From Eledone cirrhosa (Eukaryota), in contig OZ024756.1 in the NCBI GenBank assembly GCA_964016885.1, positions 13,330,001-13,394,000 of the forward strand: a stretch of 64,000 nt of DNA, in the 5' to 3' direction. The notes below the pieces were generated by a model. That model was given only the letters and a program-made list of their open reading frames with translations. It was not told the origin of the DNA and did not search any database. Positions within the stretch are counted from its first letter, which is position 1. Each line of letters opens with the position of its first letter. The position numbers and the translations under genes were made by a program. This document shows, in pieces, positions 40,959 through 55,200 of this stretch.

Positions 40959-43900
40959 CCACCACCACCACAACACCACCACCAACAACAACAACACCAC
41001 CACCACCAACAACAACACCACCAACACCACCACCAACACCACCACCAACACCACCACCACCAACAACAACAACACCACCACCACCAACAACAACACCACC
41101 AACACCACCACCAACACCACCACCAACACCACCACCAACACCACCACCACCAACAACAACACCACCACCACCACCAACAAAACCACCACTGCCACCACCA
41201 CCAACAACACCACCACCACCAACAACAACAACATCACACGACCACCACCAACAACACCACCACCACCAACACCACCACCAACAACAACACCACCACCATC
41301 AACAATAACACATACATACATATATAAATATACATACATATATATATATATACATACATACATACACACACACACACATATATATATATATACATGCCCA
41401 GACATACATACACATTGGATTTTTACAATTCACATTTTCATGACAATGTTCTTCAAACTCCGCCTTTCTTATCAGACCACATATACTACAATATGTACCC
41501 TATATGTATACATATGAGTATGTATACATACCATGGTATGTATACATACCATGGTATGTATACATATATGCTCTCACACGATAGAGAGAACCCTTCATCA
41601 TTCATCATTTCATTTTACGTCCACTTTTCCCTGCTTGCAAGGGTGGGACGGGAACTGATTCTGGCTTGATTTCTACAGCTGGATGCCCTTCCTAACACCA
41701 ACCCCATTTACAGTGAGTGCTGGGTGCTTTTTTGCCGTGGCACCTCCACGACCACTTTGCAGTGGAATGACAGGGACCCCAGTCCCTATCATCTCATTTC
41801 TACAGCTGAGTAAACTGGAGCAATGTGAAATAAAGTGTCTTGCTCAAGGAAACAACACATCGCCCGGTCTGAGAATTGAACTCACAACCTTTCGATTGCA
41901 AGGCCAATGCTCAAACCACTAAGCCATATGCCTCCATATGTATACATATGAGTATGTATACATACCATGGTATGTATACATATGAGTATGTATACATACC
42001 ATGGTATGTATACATATATGCTCTCACACGATAGAGAGAACCCTTATGTATACATATGAGTATGTATACATACCATGGTATGTATACATATGAGTATGTA
42101 TACATACCATGGTATGTATACATATATGCTCTCACACGATAGGAGACGGTCCCTGAATGACACTCGATGCCAGCTTTATGGGCTGGTAGGTGTGGTGGAG
42201 GAGGTAGGGGATGCTAAGTGGCGACAGAGATATATCCGTCTTAGAGAATGTCATTCCTTAATTATATCCGGGGCTACACTGACGCAGAGATCAAAAGGTA
42301 TCAATGTATTGATCGTCGGTCGTCGATCAGACAAGTCTGTCTACCGAGAGGAGAGGGGCTCCGCCAGCTTTAAAAAAATGCCTTAGAATTGCTGTATATC
42401 AATACAGCGCCCCTACGACTTCCCTGGATTTAGGGGACAATGTATGGATGCATGCTTACAAAATTATTACCTTCCTTCTTGAGAAAAAAACCCCCCAAAA
42501 TAGACTACAATTGTTTTTTTTCTGAGAGCTCCTCACAGGGAAGCAACATAATCATTTTATAAGGATAAATTATGTCAAACACATATGTATATATATTTAT
42601 ATTTCTTTTCTAGCTAAAACGGAAGGCATAAACGAGAACACTCATTACATTGATGCCTCACAAATCTTCGGTTCCACAACGAACAGATTTGAAAACATTA
42701 TTGATAGCAATTGTAAGTAATATATCATCATCATCATTTTACGTCCACTTTTCCCTGCTTGCAAGGGTAGGATGGGTATTATTCAGCACAGCATCTCTCC
42801 ACTTGTCACAGTCCGTCGTCATCTCCGTGAGCTTCAGCAATCTGAGTTCTGTTCTCACCACCTCCGCCCATGTTTTTCGTGGTCCTCCACTACTGTGTCT
42901 TCCTTCTACTGGGATTTCTTGGCACTTCTTTACCCAGCGTTCATCCTCCATGCTCATCACATGTCCATACCAACGCAGTCTTCTCTCTCTCACACTATAG
43001 CCTATCCCTCTTATACTCAGTTTCTCTCTCAACTCATCCATGCTTGGTCGTTCACGTACATTGACATTGCACATCCAATGGAGCCCGCTTGCTTCATTTC
43101 TCTCTAGCCGTCGCATATCCTCCACAGTTGCTGCCCATGTCTCACTACCATGCAGCATTGCACATCTCATACAGGCATCATATAACCAGCCTTTCGTTTG
43201 CAGGGAGAGACCTTTTTTGTTAACAGAGGAAGCAGCTCCCAAAACTTCTTCTAACCCATCCTTATTCTAGATACTATGGCCTCGGAGCACCCTCCTCCCT
43301 TGCTAATCTGATCACCTAGGTATCGGAAGCTATCAACCACCTCTATAGATCCTACCTGCATTTGAAAAATTTGTCTATCACTGCGACTTCTACTGTCAAA
43401 TTTCTCTGAACATCTACTGCATATGTAGTTTTCTCTACCTGTTAGTTTGCCTGCTATCCCACTACATCTCTTTGCTACTTATCAACACTTTTGTCTTACC
43501 TAGGTTCACTCTCAGTCCTCTTGATTCCAGCTGCTGTTTCCATAGCCAGAATTTATTCTCTAGCTCCCCTACTGATTCTGCTATAAGTACCAGATCGTCA
43601 GCATAGAGAAGTCCCCATGGACAGCCAGTCTTAAACTCCTCTGTTATGGCTTGGAGGACTACGATGAACAAGAGCGGGCTGAGGACAAAACCCTGATGTA
43701 CTTGTATCTGGAATTCCTCACTAAACTCCATTCCTACTCACACTTTACTGACAGCACCCCTGTTCATACCTTGCACTGTCTTCACAAGCCATTCCTCTAC
43801 ACCTAGCTTCCTTAGGGACCACCAAATGACAGATCGGGGTACCTTATCAAAGGCCTTCTCTAGTTCAACAAAAGCTAAGTACAGCGGCTTATTCTTCTCT

Positions 43901-45283
43901 AAGAACCTCTCTTGTAGTTGTCTCACTAAGAAGAGGGCATCTGTTGTACTTTTCTCAGGCACAAAACCAAACTCTATCTCATCTAATTTGACCCATTCTC
44001 TAATTAGTTGCGCTAGTATTCTTTCTACCACTTTCATAACCTGATACATCAGTTTTATGCCCATATAATTGCTCCTCTCCAGAGCATCCCTTTTACCTTT
44101 GCAGCAATTTTTGAGAATACTGCTGCACCAGTCTTTGGGTATGACACCACCATATATAGCTTGGTTGACAATGCGTGCAACCAGTTTAGTTCCTACTTCT
44201 CCTGATGTCTTCAGCATCTCAGCAACTATCCCCGACGGTCCAGCGGCCATACAACTTTTCATTTCCTTAATTGCCTCTTGGACCCTATATCCATCAATCT
44301 CAATATCTGGTCCCTCTGTTGGATCTACTGGGGGTAGTTTCTCTCTCTCCCATTAATTCTCAACATTCATCAGTCTCTCATAATGACATTTTCAGGCCTC
44401 CTTTTTCTGATCATTCGTGACACTAAGTACACTAGCATCCTTCTGGACACACTTATCTCCAACAACATCCTGATTTGCACTGACACACTGCCTTGCAATG
44501 CAGAACACCACACATCTCTGATCTTCTCGACACAGAACATTGGCAAAGCTCCTAATCTCAGCGTCCCTGCGTGCTAAGTACACCTGACGTCTAACTTCTC
44601 TTTTAGCGGATGTCTATCGGTCTCTACTCCCACCATTTTCCCAATCCTTCCATGCTCGTATTTTGTCTCTAATGGCCCTATCTACTGTGCTGTTCCCCCA
44701 CCAGGTCACTCTTTGTCTGGTTGGAGCTCTGCTCCAGCCACAAGTTTCTGCCGTAAGTTGTCTCGCAAGAAATTCCAGTTATCATCTATGTCATACAACT
44801 CTAAATCGTCTTCTTTTTCGTCATACACATATTGAAGGGCTTTCCTAAATTTATATTTTAGTGAAAGGTCTTTTAGCTTCCAGACCCTCCTTTTCCACAC
44901 CTTCCTACATGTCTCATTCTGTCTCTTGCTTACTGAGATGTCACTGAAGACTAACCTATGCTGGGGGGTACATTCTTCCCCGGGGTATGCCTTAGTATTT
45001 GACACCATCTGTTTGTCTCGCCGCCTAACTAGCAGGAAGTCAATCTGGCTTATGTGCTCACCTGATATGTAGGTTATTAGGTGGTGGGTAGGTTTCTGGA
45101 AGTTAGTGTTGCAAATGCACTTGCATCACAAAATTCAAGAAGCTTCACTCCTTCATTTCTGAGTCATAACTGTGACTACCATGTACCCCAGTGTATCCAT
45201 CCTGGAGCTGACCAACATGAGCATTGAAGTCCCCTGCTAACATAATGATGTCTCTGTCCTCTGTTATTGTGGTTGTTTCTATG

Positions 45284-45322
<39 letters not shown>

Positions 45323-48300
45323 AAAAACAATAACAAAGAGCTCAGTACGAACAGTGTGGTATATATATATATATATATATAACCAAAAGTTTATATGGTT
45401 CATTCATTATTCAACAAATTCACTTTTACACCAGATTAGAAGCACTCGACAGGGTTTATCTGGAGTATCCTTAATATTCAAAATATTAATAAATGAGAAA
45501 TACTTTCACATAACCAAAGTATATATTTTATTATACATATTTCAATGGTACAATGGTCTTTGAGTACGCTTTCATCAAATAAAACATAAGAGATTGGTTA
45601 TTCGACATACCCTTATGGTCTTGATCCTTCAATCCCTATAGTGGCAGTAAATTACTTCCTCAACACTCAACATTTATATACCACAAAGAATATGTTAACT
45701 TAGAGAAAAAGACGTAAAGAAACAAAGAAATAGAGAAGGGAAGTTGAAAAGGAAGATGCGGAGAGAAAAAGAAGAGAGAAAGAAAAAAAGGAAAAAGAAA
45801 AAAAAGAAAGAAAGAAAAAAGAAAGAAGAGGATAAAGAAAAACAACCGTTGTATTCAGACACTAGACAGAAATTCAAAAATTATTCTTAGGAATATATAT
45901 AAGGAAAAAAGATGAAATCGAAAATGCAACTGGAGTCTTTTTAAGAATATTTATTTGGTCCCTTTACCGGTTTCACCCTTCTTCTGCTTTTCAAAAGTAG
46001 AATTGAGATGGAGGGTCTGTGGTTTTTCTTGCGTCTGATTGGTGTCCGAATGTTACTTCTGTTTTATGTAGAAAAAAGTGGCTCGAAATGCTAGGTTTTT
46101 TAGAAAAGTAATTTGGTTGGTTGATGACTGTCAAGTGAATAAGTATAATAAATTTCGCGCCAGTTCGCGTGACAAAGTTCTTATTATATTTGCCTTTAAA
46201 AAAAAGGGCGGGGGGCTCAGATTGTTCTTTCATATATGAGTGAAATTTGGTTGGTTGATGCAGTCACATGAATAAGCACATCAACTTTCGCGCCAGTTCG
46301 TGTTTGAGGTTTCTTTTCACTTAAAAAAGTGGCTCAAAAAAGTTTTTTATAAATGTAATTTGATTGGTTATGACTGTCACGTGAATAAGTACATTAAATT
46401 TCCCTCCAGGCTCTAAGATAATAGTCAAGAAAAAAAGGAATATGGTATGATATGATATGTCATGTTATGATATATGTTATGAAATGATATGCTATGTTAT
46501 GATATTTATTGATGTATTGTTTTGGTTCCAAACAGCTGCATTAAAAATGAATAAAGATAGCAACGGACTTTACGAATCAGGTGAGATAAGACTCTTTTTT
46601 TCAAACACACCATTAACCCTTTAGCATCTAAACCAGCCATACCCATCCAGAGTTCTCTCACCCTTTTTTCTTCAAACCAGCCATTACTGACCTCTCATAC
46701 TTATGTTAAGGTATTGTTCTTCTCAAAATAAATAGTAAAATCTCATAGATTCAATATTATGTGAGATAAAGTGTTTACCGTGAACATATGATAGTAAATA
46801 TAGAGTAATGTAAATGTTAAAGGGTTTAACTTCCTGATTTATCAAAACAGGTTGGAAAAACAAACTGTATGGACATAGAATCACTGTCATAATGTTTGAT
46901 ATTTTACCATCTAATATATAATATCAAAATCTCATTTGATTTTATGTGAGATAATTATGTGAGATTTGATTTTATGTGAGATAATTATGTGAGATTTGAT
47001 TTTATGTGAGATAATTATGTGAGATTTGATTTTATGTGAGATAATTATGTGAGAGCCTTTGTCACAAAAATACAATAGTATCATCATCATCACTGTTTTA
47101 CGTTCGTTCTTCCACGCTAGCATGGGTTAGACGGGTTGTCCTGTTGTGGGCAGTGTCCGGTCGGCTGACCTTGTCTTGCTCATACAGGAACTGATTCTGG
47201 CTTGATTTCTACAGCTGGATGCCCTTCCTAACACCAACCTCATTTACAGTGAGTGCTGGGTGCTTTCTTTCCGTGGTGCCTACACGTCCACTTTACAGTG
47301 AGTGCTGGGTGCTTTTTTGCCATGGCACCTCCACGACCACTTTGCAGTGGAATGATAGGGACCCCAGTCCCTATCATCTCATTTCAGCTGAGTAAACTGG
47401 AGCAATGTGAAATAAAGTGTCTTGCTCAAGGAAACAACACATCACCCGGTCCGAGGATTGAACTCACAACCTTTTGATTGCAAGGCCAATGCTCTAACCA
47501 CTAAGCCATGCGCCTATATCACAGTATATATAGAGTAATATAAATGCTAAAGGGTTAAGTTAGTCAGAGAACATTAATGACGTGTTCAAACACACCATTG
47601 GTGTGATATGATATGATATATAGCTGATATGATATGATATGTAGCTGATATGAGATGATATATAGCTGATATTATATGATATGATATGTAACTGATATGA
47701 TATGAGATGTAGCTGATATATGATATGATATGATATGATATGTAGCTAATATGATATGATATGTAGCTGATATGATATTATATGATATGTAGCTGATATG
47801 ATATGATATGTAGCTGATATGATATGATATGATTTGTAGTTGATATGATATGATATGTAATGATATGTAGCAGATAGTAGCTGAAGCAGTGATAATAATT
47901 GTTTCTACTTTTGGCACAAGGCCAGCAATTATTCCAGTGCATTACTGGTACTTTATTTTATCGACCCTGTAAGGATGAAAGGCAAAGTTAACCTCAGCGT
48001 GATTTGAACTCAGCATGGCATCCGACCCCCTACCGATACTGCCAATCCACCAGATGAAATATTTAGATGGTGGCATTCCATAGGAATTCAGAGAAGGCAC
48101 TTTCAAATGTTTCTCATGAACACCTTGTACAGAACACAAACATATATGGGTATAATGCTAGGCTGGAACACCAATACTATTTTACACACACACACACACA
48201 CATATATACACATATATATATTTAGGAATTGTAACGCCCAGTTCGTGTAGGTTCACCAGAGTGAGTACTCGATGCGTAGTTTCCAGTTGGTATATTGGTG

Positions 48301-51300
48301 TTGTACTAAGCAGAGTGTAATACTACTAATGACAAAAAAGGACGACGAGCTTTTGATTCCAGAGTCGGGCGAGATCAATACAGATTGATCCTTGAGCTGA
48401 TCAATCACGAAACACAAGTCACACCTCAATAAACGTAATGAAGATCTAACACATCGCCCTTTTTTTTGTCATTCGAGGTTAACTTTGCTTTTCAACCTTA
48501 TGGGGTCGATAAAATGAAGTACCAGTAATGCACTGGGGTAATTGCTGGACTTGTGCCAAAAGTAGAAACAATTATTATATGGTGGATTGGCAGTATCGGT
48601 CGAACGCCATGCTTTCCAGCATAGAGTTACGTCCCTTTACGGTCTGAGTTCAAATCCTGCCGAGGTTAACTTTACCTTTCATCCTTACAGGGTCGTTAAA
48701 ATAAAGTACCAGTAATGCACTGGGATAATTGTTGGCCTTGTGCCAAAAGTAGAAACAATTGTTAAATATATATTTTATATATTTGAAATAATACAACGGA
48801 TATGCATATTTTTTAATGTAATGTCTGATGGTAGCTATTTATAATTAGATGTATTGTGGTATTGGTTATCATAGTGAGGGACCTATCGGAGCATCTGTGT
48901 TGTAACAAAAGCATAACTGACCTTCTACCTAATTAAATATTAAAAGAAACCCGCCTCTATTTTTGTAGGGGATGACCGCATTAATGAAAACCCATTAATC
49001 ATGGCGGTATATAATATTTTTGCTCGTGAATACAACAGAATTCTCAATAAGATGATAACAATGCAAGTAATTGAACCTCAAGCAACAGCAAGGAATATCC
49101 TCGTTACTCTCTTACAACATATTACTTTCAACGAATTTCTACCACTTTTGCTTGGGAGTGACACCCCCGTCAGTTCAGACAATATCAATAATGCACTTTA
49201 CAACCAGTCATATGCAAACGAAATTTATAATTCCTTCACGATTGCCTTTAAATTATCCTTGTATTCGATGGTGAGAGAGAATTACACAGGTTCAGCAAAT
49301 ACCATTGTTGATTTGAAAGACCATTGGAAAGATTCATCAGAGATTGATACAGATGAGAAACTAAAGAATATAGTAAATGGTTTGTTAAATGATGCCAGTT
49401 ACTCCCTTAACAGGTAAGTCTACCATCACATCTTTCCTATCTCTTTCTTTTTTATTCATTTCTCGCTTCCTTTCCTTTTCTGTGTCTGTTTCTTTCTTTC
49501 TTTCATTCTCTCTCCCTTCCTTCCTTCCTTCCTTCTTTCCTTCCTTCTTTCTTTCCTTCCTTCCTTCCTTCTTTCCTTCCTTCCTTTCTTCCTTCCTTCC
49601 TTCCTTCCTTCCTTTATATTTTCTCCTGCCTCTTTTTATTTTTCATTTTTCCACTATTTTCTTTTATTCAATCTGAAAGTGAATTTTCTTGTACACCGTT
49701 TGAATTTGTATAACACACACACACACACACACACATATATATGGGAGTGTGTGTGTGTGTGTGTGTAAGTGTATGTGCATATAATAGTAGAATACTGGAA
49801 GGTTATATCCGTAGTAGTAGAGCACTTAGTCCATGGGACGAGTTGGGTAAAAATAGTTCCACAAGAGTTAGTTCACCATTTCTGAGAACAATTGTTTCAC
49901 CTTATTCAGATCATCAGGTCGGTTTAAATGAGATTGTATGGAAAAGGAAAAGCAATTGTACGAATGCACATGTACAGAAACAGTCATTTCCCAAAGGTCA
50001 GATAACCAACGTTAGATAGGGAGACGACTGTGGATACTCAGAATGATAATTGATTATTCATGTTATTCAGTTCAGAATATTATAGATTGTTCATGTTAGT
50101 CAGTCTGGAGCTACGGAATTACGTAATAGGTGTTTCCAGACGTGTGGACCATGCGAAAAAAGTTCATTCCTTGAATTTAGACAAGCGCGCTATTACGCCA
50201 ACTTCTCAGGATATTGATTCTTTCTTCAATGCACAGCCCACAAGACAGATTCTCATTTCCGTATGGCTTAGACTTAGTAATAACTTTCCATTGAATGGAG
50301 TAATCCACGCATGTGTCATTGAGGGACCATATGTGGTTTGTGAACTTCATAGACGATCGTCAGGGTATCTGAAAGTTGACAGTTGATTCAGGGAGCGTTC
50401 CTTAAACCAGCCCTCCGCCAAACCTACATAAGATTTAATCTCTTGTTGACTTGGTCGGTTAGAAGTGACCACAGCTTCATAAATTACAACGGGTGTGTTA
50501 CATTGTTGTTGAAGGGGACATTGTTGTTGATTTTCTATTAGCACAATTTCTTTTCCTATTGTTGTTGGCATTAGTAGAGGAGTAAGCAATTGGTTGTGAG
50601 AAGCCACTGTTAGCTAATGCCGCGTTGTAGTAGGGTGCTGCTCTGTCAAAGATTGCTTTATTAGAAGAGAGGTTAGAGATGCTAGTGCCGATATTTTTCA
50701 CGAAGTTTCTAAATACTGTAGGAGGGTGGCATGAGTCCTTGTGTATGTAATTTAGTTTTTCATTTAGTTTATGGAAGGGTCTAACAGTGTGTGAAGATCT
50801 AAATTTATGTCTAAGTAATATACGCTAGTAAGGTTAGTAGCTACTGTTATCCTAAGTCCTAACTCATTAAAAGTAGTAATTTAATCTTTTTTAAACCGGT
50901 CCAGGTCATGACCACTTTTATGGCTCAATAGGGCCAGACCATCGTCGCGATATATTCCCGTGTGGGAGTCCGGGAGTCTAGTTCGCAACGTATCTAAAAT
51001 AAATAAGTCAACCAAGTCACATATATCAGCACTATCGAATGATCCCATTGATACATCAAATAGTTCTGAATAGTCGACTTCTTTGTCAGGCTACTCCATT
51101 ATTGAAGTGGAGGGTTTTCTGACAATGTGCAATGATCTGCCTATCTAAACTATTGACGGTGATGCAAGTGGTGGCAAAGTCCAATGCTTTGTTCAACAGG
51201 GTCACCGACATCGATGGATAAAAATCCACAATGTCAAACTGAGTGAATTTTTGGAGCTGAAGGAGTTGAACCACTTCATGACAGAGTCCCTGTTCTCCCA

Positions 51301-52153
51301 CAGGGACAGGTTGGACTTAGTCCTAATGGTCTTAACTATATTCCTAAGAATATAGCCTTACTGACTAGCCCCATCTCCGTATGTGCCGGATTCAGTAGTC
51401 TACAACTGGGATTAGAAGTAAAGTCTATCTTGTGATCTTTAAAGGTGAGAAAGGCCTCACGCTTAGCTAAGCATTGGAGTTTCTTAAGGGTGGAAGCTAG
51501 GGTGTTTGGCTTCTGTAATGATGTTGCGGTAGGCTGTGGGGTCTGCCTTCTTATATTTAGAAGTTATAGCATTTCGTGCCAAGTGGCTGTATGTAGTATT
51601 ATCGATTTGTAAATGTTATTAGTTTTGTCAAAAAGGACAAAGGTATTAGTGGAAGACCTAAATTTCTTAATGTAATTTCTAAGTTTATTTTGGAAGGTGC
51701 TAGAGTGTTTGCGAAAGGAGGTTAGTGACTAAATCAAGAAGGTCCACTTAAAAGGGAGCGAGTTCATTCTTTAGAAATCATCAGGAATCTGATGATTTCT
51801 AAAGAATGAAACAGTTCTAGTCCTGTAGAATCTCATCTATATTAAAACCTATATATATATATATATATATATACAAGCAAATTATAAATGTAAACATGTA
51901 AGTATGTTTTTGAAACGGTGCGCGAGTTTGAAAATTAGAAATTAGAAATTATAAGCTTTCACTGTATTTTAGACTAAAGAAATTTCTAGCCTGATAGTGG
52001 GGTTTATAACCCTCGGAGAAATGGAAAAAGATGAGTGTTGCCGTACATGGCAACACTCATCTTTTTCCATTTCTCCGAGGGTTATAAACCCCACTATCAG
52101 GCTAGAAATTTCTTTAGTCTAAAATACGGTGAAAGCTTATAATTTCTAATTTC

Positions 52154-52208
<55 letters not shown>

Positions 52209-55200
52209 GAAACCTTAACACACACACACACACATATATGTATATATTTCCAAAGAATGTTTCTCTACGTTATTTTGACAGTCACATTTCCGGCATTTTT
52301 ACCAACGACTGTTCCCATTCTCCTGACCTTCCTGCTGACATAGTGGCTTATGCTATCCAAGACTCTCGATATTTGTGGATCCCTCCATATGCTGTTTGGT
52401 TATATGCAGATTCTGGAACCATGCCAACAACTATCGCATCTTTTCCACACCATGATCAAGAAGAAATAACCAAGCTGGGATCTGTTTTTAAGTGAGTTTT
52501 ACTAATTTGTATATTTAATTTCCCTTTTTTAACTTTAATTTTCTTCTTCTTCTTCTTCTTCTTCTTCTTCTTCTTCTCCTTCTTCTTCTTCTCCTTCTCT
52601 TCCTCCTTCTTCTCCTTCTCCTTCTTCTTCTCCTTCTTCTTCTTCTCCTCCTCCTTCTTCTCCTTCTTCTCCTTCTTCTTCTTCTTCTTCTTCTTCCAGC
52701 AGGTCCTGTCAGAAGCAACCATCTCTAACTGATCCGTCTGGACCCCCCCCCCAAGCGTGATCAGCCAAATTCCTGGATGTTATCCAACCCTCTTGCTCAG
52801 GGTCTACCCCCTGGGTCTCCTCTCTGTTGGTTTCGCTCATAAAATCTGTCCAGTGATTTTTTTTTCCTGAGACATGTCCACAGTATCGGAGCTGTGATCT
52901 CTCAATCCGGTGAAGTAGCAGTTCTACCTGGAGTGACTCTCTATTTATTTAATCTAAATATGAAGGCACATGGCTTAGTGGTTAGAGCATTGGGCTTGCA
53001 ATCGAAAGGTTGTGAGTTCAATTCTCAGACCGGGGTGATGTGTTGTTTCCTTGAGCAAGACACTTTATTTCACATTGCTCCAGTTTACTCAGCTGTAGAA
53101 ATGAGATGATAGGGACTGAGGTCCCTATCATTCCACTGCAAAGTGGTCGTGTAGGCGCCACGGCAAAAAAGCACCCAGCACTCACTGTAAATGAGGTTGG
53201 TGTTAGGAAGGGCATCCAGCTGTAGAAATCAAGCCAGAATCAGTTCCCATATGAGCAAGAGAAGGTCAGCTGACCGGACACTGCCCACAACAGGACAACC
53301 CGTCTAACCCATGCTAGCGTGGAAGAACGGACGTAAAACGGTGATGATGATGATGAAACAAACATTTTAATTATGTAATAAACAACATAAGATAATTATT
53401 TCATTTACCAGTGGTTTCTTGAAGGCAGATGTTATGTCTGTCTTCAGTCGTCAGAATGAATAAATAAATAACATGTTATTTATTCATTCTGACGACTGAA
53501 GGGAAGACAGACATAACATCTGCCTTCAAGAAACCACTGGTAAATGAAATAATTATCTTAAACAAACATTTGATATTTAAAATAAATCATCTCTCTCCCA
53601 GACACCCATTGACACACTTTTACACACTCGATGAACACATACATATACATTCAGGTAAAAACACATATACACATTATCCTAAACACACCTTTTATATAGT
53701 CACATCATGATGATTACACATAATGGACCGGCTGTCAGTTTCAACAACAAGTGGTCCAGTAATTTGACCAAAGGAACAGATTGATTGTAAATATACATTC
53801 AGGTAAAAACACATATACACATTATCCTAAACACACCTTTTATATAGTCACATCATGATGATTACACATAATGGACTGGCTGTCAGTTTCAACAAGTGGT
53901 CCAGTAATTTGACCAAAGGAACAGATTGATTGTAAAATTAACTTACAGTTAGCTGAGAACTCCACAGGTTCATGTAGTCATAGCGTGGCTCTCAGGGAGA
54001 GTGAACATGGCACAGGGTATGATAAGACTGGCCTGTTGAATCACAGGTACAACTAATTTTTGATAACTGAGCACATACATTTTCTCAATGTTTTCTTTTC
54101 CTTCCTCTTCTCACACTCTATCTTTCTATTTCATATTTTATTTCTCTTTCTATCTTCTGATGAAGGACTAGTGTCTAAAACTAAAACTCATTTCCTACTA
54201 TATCAAACGTTAAACTAATATATTTCTTCACTGTACCGTGTTGTTTGCTTTCTTGTTTCCGTTTACTTTTTGCACACACACACACACACACACACACTAA
54301 GCAATATATAATTTAATATCTAATTGAATTAGCTACTACTGTATGCACTAATATAATGCAAATTGAAATTTTCAATTCGCTCATACTACCATATTTGGTA
54401 GGCCTTTAAAATCATTACTTATGCGTTTCTCTTCCATAAGTGTACACAAGCTTTAGGTGACTCAAAAAACAGTTGAAACTCAAGCTAGATTTTTCCTTCT
54501 TTTTCTGTCCACAGAGAAATGCTCATCGCCCCCTCCCAAGTTTCCATATATCAATGTATGTATTTATACATTTATGCAGCCTTGATTAAATCGTGTATCA
54601 TTTCTGTAGAGATATGTATCTGTTATCATGATATATATGTGATAATCTTTAGCTGATTCATATCAACACAGATTCAAACATACGCCCAGTAGGCACCTCT
54701 TAATTCACTATACCTCCCCTTCCATATACACCCCCACACTCCTCTCCCACTTCTGCCCACACCACCCTTACTCTGTAAAGTTATGTTGGTATCACAAAAA
54801 CATCCAGCCCACTCTGTAAACTGGTCATGTAGGGGTCACGACAAAAAACACCCTGTCCACACTGTAAAGTGGTTGTGATGGTGACATGGTAAAAATCCTC
54901 CAGTCCACACTGTAAAGTGATTGTGTAGGAGTCCCGACAAAAAGCACCCAGTCCACACTGTAAAGTGGTCATGTAGGCGTCACGCCAAAAAGAAGACAGT
55001 CCACACTGTAAAGTGGTTGTGTAGGAGACACAACAAAAAGCTCCCAGCCCACACTGTAAAGTGGTTGTGTAGGAGACACAACAAAAAGCTCCCAGCCCAC
55101 GCTGCAAAGTGGTTGTGTAGGAGTCATGACAAAAAGCTCCCAGCCCACGCTGCAAAGTGGTTGTGTAGGAGTCATGACAAAAAGCTCCCAGCCCACACTG

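Noticed and set aside
39925-41517. 530-aa poly-Q/H/T/N/P ORF
   Set aside because: Translation of a (CAC/CAA)n microsatellite, open in several frames, lying in intron 7 just past a good donor site.
53644-53936. Roughly 147-bp direct duplication
   Set aside because: Simple local tandem duplication with no LTR termini or coding signal.
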